A DNA stretch of 64,000 nucleotides from NCBI GenBank assembly GCA_900544555.1, contig UQWD01000002.1, forward strand, positions 63,471-127,470. Reading direction: 5' to 3'. The stretch comes from an uncultured Eubacteriales bacterium. GTDB taxonomy: Bacteria; Bacillota; Clostridia; Christensenellales; CAG-138. The notes under the pieces are model-generated. The model worked only from the letters and a program-made list of their open reading frames with translations. It did no database searches and was not told where the DNA came from. Below are positions 57,101 through 64,000 of the stretch, piece by piece (position 1 is the first letter of the stretch; each line of letters begins with the position of its first letter). The position numbers and the translations under genes were made by a program.

Positions 57101-58996
57101 CTTGTTCAATAAATAGATAACCGTGATATCCGCCGTTTCGTCAATTGCAGCTGCGGCGCTCAGCGCCGCTTCGTTCCATGGCCCCTCGCGCCCGTCCATG
57201 ACCCTTATCATGAATCTGAGCGCGCACGACTGAAGCCTTCTCTCCCCGCTATCTAAAAGGCGGGCGCAATACCCTATGAGCATAGCGATTTCCTCATCGC
57301 TAAGCAGGCCAAGCTCAATGCCGAAAAGCGTATCGACCAGCGCGAAGCGATCCTCCAAAGCGGGGTTTTCTTCGCGAAAACGCGCAAGTAGCGGATCGAG
57401 ATAGACCCGCGCGCCGTCCCGAGCGCAATTAGCCAGTACGGCCTTGGCCACCACCTTTAACGAGCCAGTTACCCTTGAACGGTGTTTAGGTGAAATCTTG
57501 TGATCCGGGTGCAATATCAGTTCCAGGTATTCTTCAAACAGGGCCGCGCGTTCATTCAGGCTCTCCTCAAGGGCCGGGGGGATAGCGGAGGCCGGGGCGT
57601 GAGCTGGCAGCTCCTTACGGTACTGCGCTGCGCTGTTTGCCAGTATAGCGCCCATCAGCCTGCCCGCCTTGCGCCTGATATCCCCTTCCGGGTGCATCAA
57701 AAGCTCGTATAAAAAGCGGAGCGTCATAACTTTTTGGCGCCGGGTCATATAAGTGAAATACTCCTCGAATATATTCAGGTATGTGCGGATGTGGCTCCGG
57801 TTCCGCTCGCCCCTCGCGTGCTCAAGCAGATCCCCGAACGATTCTTCCGAGCTTATGGAGCGCATCAGCCTGAGGTTATGCTCCACAGTCAAGCGCTTAA
57901 GCGCCCTTACCGCGCCTTCGGGAGATAAAAGAGCGGGAGCCGCTTGAAACGCCGGCACGGGCGTTTCGTCCCACGGATCCGTATTCACGCCTTTGGAGAC
58001 AAGGTAATCCTCAAAATCCTTGAGCTTTAGGTAAACGCGCTCGTAACGATCCCGTTTTGTCTCATCCACGTTATCAAGCTTTCCGAGTATCACGTCATAG
58101 GATTCTGCAAGCGAAAAGATTCTCGTCCGCTCGAAACCGGTTTCGTCTCTGGCGCTTTTTACCCGGAAATCGGCGTAGATGAGCAGCAGCGACTCAACGG
58201 GAAGGTTTTCAAGCTCAAGATCCCAGGTGGAATGATTGGCCGAGATATGCGCAATATCCGGCGCCCCCTCCCTGCGCAGCCATTGATCCGTATAAAAATA
58301 ATGCAGGTAGGGTATGCGGCGCGTGTCCACGCCCCGGCAGCCGAATTTGCCGATATCATGCGCGGCCGCGGCCGCGCTTACAAGGGGCAGATCGACGGCT
58401 ATCCCCGCCATATTCGCCTGTTTCGCCGCATGCATCGCCATATGATGGACGCACGCCGTATGCGAAAGCGCGTCGAACGGGCGAAGCTCCCGGCTCAGGC
58501 GGAACATTTCCAGCACGTACAGCCTGTCCATAGCGTCAAGGAAACGTTCATACTGCTCAGTTACCCGGCTGTTTGTGCATTCCTCCGGCGTTAGAAGGGC
58601 CATATCCGTAAAGGGGTTAAACCCTCTCGCGGCCTTTTCCTCATTTAGCGCGCGGCGCAGGCAGCGCAAGGCGAAACAAAACGCGCGCTCATGCTCCTTG
58701 TCGCGCGGCGGCCTTCCCTCCTCAGGGAAGACGCCGTGAAGAAGCTCCCCGTAGATATATTCCGCCCAGCCCTCCTCCGGCTCGGGGCAGATTTCCGCCA
58801 TTACGGGGATGCAGGCCGCAAGCACCTTCATACAGGAAACCGGCTGCTCCAGCGCCGCCTCCATACCCACGCGGAACCCCAGCTCCTCGAGAATTGCTTT
58901 CATAACGCGCTTGGGCATATTTTCGTCCAAAGCGCATTGGGCGTAAAGCTCCTCCGCCAACGCGCGGTAAAAATCCTGAAAAGCTCTTTTGCGCAT
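54176..58996 (-). CDS. Giant multidomain protein: HD phosphohydrolase + helical repeats + NadD-like nucleotidyltransferase + GNAT-like + PRTase-like
   Basis: ORF 54176..59008. ATG 58996 is preferred (GGGAGG RBS). Motifs: HTACVHH...AAHDIGKFG...IYADF (HD). FPGTFDPFSTGH and VSSSRIREY (HxGH / ISSTxxR nucleotidyltransferase). ALFKRKGFRDI (GNAT-like). RPVLLVDDLLHKGYR (PRPP-loop-like). Confidence 0.8.
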   Translation of the reverse strand: MRKRAFQDFYRALAEELYAQCALDENMPKRVMKAILEELGFRVGMEAALEQPVSCMKVLAACIPVMAEICPEPEEGWAEYIYGELLHGVFPEEGRPPRDKEHERAFCFALRCLRRALNEEKAARGFNPFTDMALLTPEECTNSRVTEQYERFLDAMDRLYVLEMFRLSRELRPFDALSHTACVHHMAMHAAKQANMAGIAVDLPLVSAAAAAHDIGKFGCRGVDTRRIPYLHYFYTDQWLRREGAPDIAHISANHSTWDLELENLPVESLLLIYADFRVKSARDETGFERTRIFSLAESYDVILGKLDNVDETKRDRYERVYLKLKDFEDYLVSKGVNTDPWDETPVPAFQAAPALLSPEGAVRALKRLTVEHNLRLMRSISSEESFGDLLEHARGERNRSHIRTYLNIFEEYFTYMTRRQKVMTLRFLYELLMHPEGDIRRKAGRLMGAILANSAAQYRKELPAHAPASAIPPALEESLNERAALFEEYLELILHPDHKISPKHRSRVTGSLKVVAKAVLANCARDGARVYLDPLLARFREENPALEDRFALVDTLFGIELGLLSDEEIAMLIGYCARLLDSGERRLQSCALRFMIRVMDGREGPWNEAALSAAAAIDETADITVIYLLNKALRLAGGTELVKKYSGRLEKQEPSELFLENLKSATPWIMKVTNIDWLTELTRSDAAQAFHVATHLSNLVRVSEHLTVREHAGDALITIAPMLSVDQCNEIAVELTRGLETARYEFSRYIPPCLGRLALFLPHKELDEVLDDFERHIKSANERAACMTLHTLGVLLAHYDTYAQNAGEPAGTVESRRMRAAGLLLLGLTHYAEGVRQEALQVIGRGLFGSEDMGFAKKLRLFKKIHKKLLTLIHEQSGGRLMFFNTAAMLNHLYRFITDANARFGPIKFAPQPDAAFFPGTFDPFSTGHRGIVDEIRNLGMEVYLAVDEFSWSKRTQPKLVRRGIVNMSVADAPDVFLFPDDRPVNLAAPEDLKALRELFANREVYIVTGSDVIENASAYRAAPTPDSIHHFGHIVFARSGGEDEGETGLAKEKVMGRIIRLSLPVYLEDVSSSRIREYIDKDLDISMLVDPLVQEYVYINGLYLRAPQYKTVLRLDTLEYRRHVSLNEHLTGEFARLALDSGLSGGEAAARLNRPGVQAVALYREGEPSPLGGVCFHSTNAAGMYDETRSMDSAQYIRGHTSGRVLVIDGVYAREERIKQMLLNKALADALGEDNTYALYRAQGAEDPARALFKRKGFRDIPGGEDGVMYVDMRFPIVLIEDVAQAVKEPHRSAKKVAEAIERSRSRLEEAMTGLYPGTLTLSFDADMLDHELTSEIIRFNGAPGASGGRRLAGNMCVPYGRILSDSVIPNTVTKTLHAEKTYAPDLKSFSITEYPGYSPLSNQVRTLRSFRRPVLLVDDLLHKGYRIEALDPIFREEGVEIRRIFAGILSGRGRDLMRVQGRDAQCVYFIPNLRHWFTESMLYPFIGGDSVDRGARRGGYLPPSVNMVLPYAAPPFICEAERRSIFALSYTALENAYDILQALEQEHQAMFEQSLTLGRLGEALLWPRRPDKGGAMQYDYSLPASSYIRNDMEALLRMKAVIE

Positions 58997-59281
58997 ATAA
59001 CCTCCCAATAAATCCGTCTGGCTTTATTATACCGCGCGGCGGCGCTCCATGCCATCTAAAAGCGCTGTCAATACGTTTCTGGAACGCTGCAACTCGTGCT
59101 GAGCACATATTACATTATCAGCCTGGCTGGTTTGGCGTGCGTTTAGCATAAACTCCATAAACAGCCTGCTTTAATTGTTAAAGAGACGAAAATAATAGCA
59201 TCTTAAAAAAAATGATGCTATACTAAATTGAATAAATTGTAGATATAATGTGTCAATTATGTAAAGGGGGAATGATACTTA

Positions 59282-60166
59282 ATGGAGGTCAGAAAGCGCC
59301 GCTGGGGCGACCGCAGGGACGGGTACCGTCTCCGGCCGGGGGAGATAGACGGATTTCACACCTTTTTGCCGTACTTGCTCCTCAACAGAGCCGACTGCGA
59401 AGCATTTATCAGCGAGCAGATCGATCTAACAAACATCACGGCGTATCTGGAACGGAAAAACGCGGATAACCCGCAATACAAGTACACGTTTTTCCACGTA
59501 ATCGCCGCCGCGCTGGTTAAAACCATCGTGCACCGCCCGTTAATGAACCGCTTTATTCAAGGCAAACGTTTTTATCAACGCAATTATTTATCTTTAGCAT
59601 TTGTCGCCAAAAAGCAGTTCAAGGACGACGGCGCCGAAGGGCTTTTGTTTTTAAAGTTCGGCGAGGATACAACCATTGATTCGCTTCACGACCGGATCTG
59701 GAAAGAGGTCGGCGAGGTGCGGGGCGGTAAGGTGGATAACACCACCGGCGCCATGGATACTTTAGCCAAGCTTCCAAGGTGGCTGCTTCGCATTGTGATG
59801 TTTGCGCTTATGAAGCTGGACTTTTATGGAAAGATGCCATATTCGCTGTCCAAGGAGGACCCTTATTATTCCACCGTGTTTATGAGCAACCTTGGCTCCA
59901 TCAAGCTCAACGCGGGCTATCACCACCTGACAAATTGGGGAACATGCTCCCTTTTCGTCGTGATAGGCGAAAAGCGCCTCGCGCCCAAATACGATGAAAG
60001 CGGCCGGGTGGAAACGATGCGGCCGGTCCTGGATCTGGGCATCACGCTCGATGAGCGGCTAGCGGACGGTTATTATTATTCCAAAACGATTCATTTGCTC
60101 AAGCATCTGCTTGAAAACCCCGAGCTGCTTGAGCGGCCGGCGAAGGAGGCCGTTAATTATGAATAG
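59282..60166 (+). CDS. 2-oxoacid dehydrogenase E2-type acyltransferase catalytic-domain protein (stand-alone)
   Basis: 294 aa. VFMSNLGS and ITLDERLADGYYYSKTIHLLKHLLENPELL align with the E2 SNLG and DHRxxDG...LE.P..L blocks. Confidence 0.7.
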   Translation: MEVRKRRWGDRRDGYRLRPGEIDGFHTFLPYLLLNRADCEAFISEQIDLTNITAYLERKNADNPQYKYTFFHVIAAALVKTIVHRPLMNRFIQGKRFYQRNYLSLAFVAKKQFKDDGAEGLLFLKFGEDTTIDSLHDRIWKEVGEVRGGKVDNTTGAMDTLAKLPRWLLRIVMFALMKLDFYGKMPYSLSKEDPYYSTVFMSNLGSIKLNAGYHHLTNWGTCSLFVVIGEKRLAPKYDESGRVETMRPVLDLGITLDERLADGYYYSKTIHLLKHLLENPELLERPAKEAVNYE

Positions 60167-61880
60167 CATAAAAGCGCCGTGGCTCAACTATTACGGCGTT
60201 GTTAAACCAACCCTTGATTATCCTGAATGCGCTATGTGGCGGGTGGTGGAACGCGCGGCGAAGCTCTATCCCGATCTGCTTTCTTATGACTTTATGGGGA
60301 CGTCCTGCACCTATAAGAAGATGATGAAGGATATCCATCTTTGCGCCAGGGGCCTAAAGGCCATGGGCATTAAGGAAAACGACCGCGTTACGGTATGCAT
60401 GCCGAACTCCCCGCAGGCGGTCGCGTTCTTTTACGCTATCAACATGATGGGGGCCGTGGCCAATATGATCCACCCCCTGTCCAGCGAGAAGGAAATTGAA
60501 TTTTATCTGCGTGATTCCAAAAGCGTAGCCGCGCTCACGCTGGATCAGTTTTATTCCAAATTCGCCCGCATACGCAGGGAGGTCGACCTGCCCAAGCTGA
60601 TAATTACCAGCGTAAAGGATGCGCTTAACCCGGTGATGAAGCTGGGCTACGCGCTTACCGAGGGGCGCAAAATTGAGAAAATACCGGCGGACGCGGAAAT
60701 TGTTTCCTGGCAGAGCTTTTTAAAGGAGGCGGCCGATTACGGCGGCGAGTATATCGCGCCGCGCGCCGCTCTTGACCCGGCCGTTATCCTTTACAGCGGC
60801 GGCACAACCGGCACAACCAAGGGCATCCTACTGTCAAACCTCAACTTTAACGCGCTTGCCATGCAGATTGACGAGATGAGCAACTGCCTTGTTCCGGGGA
60901 AATCCATGCTCGCCATCATGCCCATGTTTCATGGGTTCGGGCTTGGCGTATGCATCCATTCCATGCTCGCGGGCGGGTGCAAATGCATACTCGTCCCCCG
61001 GTTCACGTCAAAATCCTACGCCCAGCTGTTAAAAAAGCGCAAACCAAACTATATCGCGGGCGTTCCGTCGCTTTATGAAACACTGCTCAGGAACCCGGAT
61101 ATGGACGGCGTGGATCTTTCCTGCCTAATGGGTGTGTTCTCGGGAGGGGACTCGCTTTCCGTCGAGCTCAAAAAGCGTTTCGATAAATTTCTCAAAGAGC
61201 ATAACGCGCGCATAGAGATACGCGAGGGCTACGGCACGACGGAATGCGTTACGGCAAGCTGCCTGACCCCGTACAATATGTCCCGTGAAGGCAGTATCGG
61301 CGTGCCGTTCCCGGACACGTACTATAAGATCGTCGCGGTGGGTACCGAAAATGAGGTTCCCTACGGCGTTGAAGGGGAAATCACGCTTTCCGGCCCGTCC
61401 GTAATGATAGAATATGTCAACCAGCCCGAGGAAACCGCGCAGGCTCTTCGCACGCACGCGGATGGACGCGTATGGCTGCACACGGGCGATCTGGGAACAA
61501 TGGATGAAGACGGCTTCATCTATTTCCGCCAGCGCATAAAACGCATGATAGTAACAAACGGGTATAACGTGTATCCTTCGCAGCTGGAGAATATTTTGGA
61601 CGCGCACGATTACGTGCATATGAGCTGCGTAATCGGAGTCCCCGATCCGGTAAAGATACAAAAGGTCAAGGCTTTTGTTATGCTCAAGCCCGGCATACCG
61701 GCGGACGGGCAGACCAGCAGGGAGCTTTTCGACCACTGCAAAAAACACATTGCGAAATACGCCATGCCGTACGATATTGAAATACGCGATCAACTTCCAA
61801 AAACGCTTGTCGGCAAGGTAGCGTTCCGGGAGCTTGAACAGGAGGAATTGGAGAAAACCTCGGCTTCCGGCGCAATGTAA
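60159..61880 (+). CDS. AMP-dependent acyl-CoA synthetase/ligase (ANL family)
   Basis: ORF 60111..61880. ATG 60159 is preferred (AAGGAGG RBS; overlaps the upstream stop as ATGAATAG). LYSGGTTGTTKG, REGYGTTE, HTGDLG and GKVAFREL blocks. Confidence 0.9.
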   Translation: MNSIKAPWLNYYGVVKPTLDYPECAMWRVVERAAKLYPDLLSYDFMGTSCTYKKMMKDIHLCARGLKAMGIKENDRVTVCMPNSPQAVAFFYAINMMGAVANMIHPLSSEKEIEFYLRDSKSVAALTLDQFYSKFARIRREVDLPKLIITSVKDALNPVMKLGYALTEGRKIEKIPADAEIVSWQSFLKEAADYGGEYIAPRAALDPAVILYSGGTTGTTKGILLSNLNFNALAMQIDEMSNCLVPGKSMLAIMPMFHGFGLGVCIHSMLAGGCKCILVPRFTSKSYAQLLKKRKPNYIAGVPSLYETLLRNPDMDGVDLSCLMGVFSGGDSLSVELKKRFDKFLKEHNARIEIREGYGTTECVTASCLTPYNMSREGSIGVPFPDTYYKIVAVGTENEVPYGVEGEITLSGPSVMIEYVNQPEETAQALRTHADGRVWLHTGDLGTMDEDGFIYFRQRIKRMIVTNGYNVYPSQLENILDAHDYVHMSCVIGVPDPVKIQKVKAFVMLKPGIPADGQTSRELFDHCKKHIAKYAMPYDIEIRDQLPKTLVGKVAFRELEQEELEKTSASGAM

Positions 61881-61891
61881 GGCTTATTCCG

Positions 61892-61935
61892 GGCCGTGGA
61901 AAAAACGTTTCCACGGCCTCGAGCTATTTTATCGC
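61892..61935 (+). terminator. Hairpin terminator after the ligase gene
   Basis: GGCCGTGGAAA / TTTCCACGGCC 11-bp stem. The T-tract (CTATTTTAT) is offset by 8 nt. Confidence 0.55.
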
Positions 61936-62018
61936 ATTTGGCACGCCCGTTTTGTGGCCTGGGATGACGTAGAGGCCGCGCGGTTCGTAGTTTTTTAAAG
62001 GGGGAGTTCGCGTATATC

Positions 62019-62564
62019 ATGATATTAAATACGGACAGGCTTACGTTAAGGCTTCTCGAGCAGACCGATTACGGCGCGCTTACAAAGATTTTGCAGGATT
62101 CCGAGGTCATGGCCGCCTACGAGCATGCGTTCAGCGACGGTGAGGTTCAAACGTGGCTGGACCGGCAGATAGCGCGTTATCAAGCCGACGGCGTTGGGCT
62201 GTGGGCTGTTTGCCTTATGCAAACGGGAGAGGTTATCGGTCAATGCGGGCTAACCATGCAGGATTGCTTCGGAAGGAAGGTGCTGGAGGTGGGTTATCTC
62301 TTTCAAAAGGCGTTTTGGCGGCGGGGATTTGCGACTGAGGCCGCCAGAGCGTGCAGGGATTATGCGTTCGAGCGTCTAAACGCAAGCGAAGTGTATTCCA
62401 TCATACGCGATACCAACAAAGCCTCAAGAAGCGTCGCGCTTCGCAACGGCATGTCCGTATGCGGCGAATTTGTCAAGCATTACTACGGCGTGGATATGCC
62501 CCATATCGTTTACCGCATTCTCCGCGGGGAGTGGGAAAGCATCCGCGGTACGCGAGATGCTTAA
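62019..62564 (+). CDS. GNAT acetyltransferase (RimJ/RimL-like)
   Basis: TDRLTLRLLEQTDYGAL, FWRRGFATEAARA, SRSVALRNGM. Confidence 0.85.
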   Translation: MILNTDRLTLRLLEQTDYGALTKILQDSEVMAAYEHAFSDGEVQTWLDRQIARYQADGVGLWAVCLMQTGEVIGQCGLTMQDCFGRKVLEVGYLFQKAFWRRGFATEAARACRDYAFERLNASEVYSIIRDTNKASRSVALRNGMSVCGEFVKHYYGVDMPHIVYRILRGEWESIRGTRDA

Positions 62565-62973
62565 CCCACTAATTCTTAACCCAATGGAAAAGAGCGCCGC
62601 AGCATTTTGTTTTTAGCGAAATTTGGTTCGTACCGCGAATAAGCTTGATTGTCAGGCCGCTTATATTTACCCGATAGGCTGACGATGTTGTGATGTAGTC
62701 AATTATGTCGTCAGTTGGGCATAACCGACACTTGGAGAAAACTTCGAGGCCAAGCCATTATCTCAAAGTTGTTTAAAACGTTGCCCTACTCATTCTCGCT
62801 CTTTTTTAATCCTCCCTTTTCACAACATTTGCCAGCATCCCTAGTGGTTTTTATATATGCCATTCCCCCAAGAGAAAGTATAATTCCCGGCATTATGCAA
62901 TTTGCGTAATTATTCAGAACATATTTATTTTGATTGAGCATGTTTAAAATGCCAAACATCCATGTTCAAACTC

Positions 62974-64000
62974 TTACAGCTTTAACACACCAGCCATGTA
63001 TCCCAGGAAAGAGTCATAAGAGAGCGTCCACTGATAAACATCTTCCGCAATTTGTTTAACCTGCCATCTATTCAAATTTTCTCTGCGGATGGATACGGAG
63101 CATCTCTGCACTTCCCGCCAACTCCCATAGCCATGTCTAATCTGCTCTGCCAAAGCTGCATTCACAATCACCGGTATCGTATCGCTTTCAATTACATGAA
63201 ATTGGTCATTAACCGTTTGAAAGCTTAAATTCGTTTCAGCCTCCAACAGAGCCTGTATCTGTTTTGCTTCACTCTTACCTCTATGCAACTCATCACTGAT
63301 CGATTTTGTGCTCAGCTTAGGCGTGATTTCCATATTATCGCGCAGATACTCTTCGAGCAGGCCCGCGCTTATTTTTATTTCCGGATTGGAAGTGAGCATC
63401 TTATCATCCTGCATGCTGAAGCTCCACATCTCCGCATCTTTAGAAAGCCCGTTACGATTAACTCTTCCCGCTGTCTGTATCAGTGACAAAACGGAAGCCA
63501 GCTCTCTGAATCCATTACGGAACGAAAAATCCATGCCGGCTTCCGCACAGGATGTCGCCACCAAAACCCAGTTTGTATCCGTCGAATCCGCCAAACGTTT
63601 TTTTACCGCTTTAATTGTTTGCTCGCGATCCTCCGGCGTAAGCGCAGTTGAGAGATGCTCCACGCATACCTTACCATATTTTTTACGGATGTCATCGGCA
63701 ATTACCGCCGCATTTTGTACGGTATTCATGACTACAATTCGTGGTCCTGGTTTTTCCATGACCCAGTCTGTCAATTCCGCCCGGCTCAGTGAAAGTGAAT
63801 TCCAACGAAACCGGATTCTATTTTTCTCATAGCCAAGCAATGCGCTGCGCAAATTTTTGTTCACCATTTCCGGGATCTGCTTCACCTCAGTTCCAACCAA
63901 CTCCGGAATCCGCCAAAAACGAACCAGCGATCCTGAGGCCAAAATCCAGTAACAGCCCCACTCCTCTTCCAATACTTTCATCCAGTTCCACGCAAGCGGG
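62974..64000 (-). CDS. Cas3-like SF2 helicase, C-terminal half (N-terminus outside window)
   Basis: The frame is open to the window edge (…PLAWNW precedes the listed Met). IVVMNTVQNAAVIADDI, VLVATSCAEAGMDFSF and LIQTAGRVNRNG correspond to helicase motifs IV-VI in the Cas3 arrangement. Confidence 0.5.
   Translation of the reverse strand, partial: PLAWNWMKVLEEEWGCYWILASGSLVRFWRIPELVGTEVKQIPEMVNKNLRSALLGYEKNRIRFRWNSLSLSRAELTDWVMEKPGPRIVVMNTVQNAAVIADDIRKKYGKVCVEHLSTALTPEDREQTIKAVKKRLADSTDTNWVLVATSCAEAGMDFSFRNGFRELASVLSLIQTAGRVNRNGLSKDAEMWSFSMQDDKMLTSNPEIKISAGLLEEYLRDNMEITPKLSTKSISDELHRGKSEAKQIQALLEAETNLSFQTVNDQFHVIESDTIPVIVNAALAEQIRHGYGSWREVQRCSVSIRRENLNRWQVKQIAEDVYQWTLSYDSFLGYMAGVLKL

Noticed and set aside
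62565-62973. Looked for a CRISPR repeat-spacer array next to the Cas3-like gene.
   Set aside because: No periodic direct repeats of 24-40 nt are present in this spacer or anywhere else in the window.

Overview
Chromosomal window from a Gram-positive anaerobe. It looks Clostridia-like, judged only from gene content and operon layout. GC is moderately high by eye, with several AT-rich non-coding islands.

Core content (minus strand):
- The complete S10-spc-alpha ribosomal super-operon, rpsJ to rplQ, at 32.3-47.9 kb. It includes secY, adk, map, a KOW-domain gene, infA, rpmJ and rpoA.
- A folate module just upstream at 48.3-51.8 kb: folT-folC-folD plus 5-formyl-THF cyclo-ligase, controlled by a clear THF riboswitch.

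Other ordinary genes: thiolase, a DUF885 lipoprotein, DUF1846, udk, an AI-2E transporter, three GNATs, an SPFH protein, an AraC/GyrI regulator, an ECF sigma/anti-sigma pair and a ComB-like phosphatase.

Regions worth a second look:
1. 5.3-11.4 kb: a six-gene operon with four TasA/camelysin-like paralogues carrying SipW-type leaders, a 911-aa vWA protein and a membrane-anchored beta-sandwich protein. No sipW or sortase gene lies in cis.
2. 51.9-59.0 kb: three translationally coupled genes. One is a ~1606-aa fusion (HD, helical repeats, NadD-like nucleotidyltransferase, GNAT-like, PRTase-like). The others are an LDH/MDH-like dehydrogenase with an N-terminal extension and a double flavodoxin-fold FMN-reductase-like protein.
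3. 59.3-61.9 kb, divergent from (2): an E2-type acyltransferase with an apparent catalytic His-to-Glu change, coupled to an acyl-AMP ligase.
4. 17.9-22.1 kb: a five-gene operon behind a perfect consensus promoter, encoding a small secreted protein, ABC components and an anchored exoprotein.
5. 63-64 kb: a truncated Cas3-like helicase in AT-rich DNA with no CRISPR array.

I recognised no rRNA, tRNA, CRISPR array or IS/transposase. All homology statements come from motif recognition by eye, not from searches.
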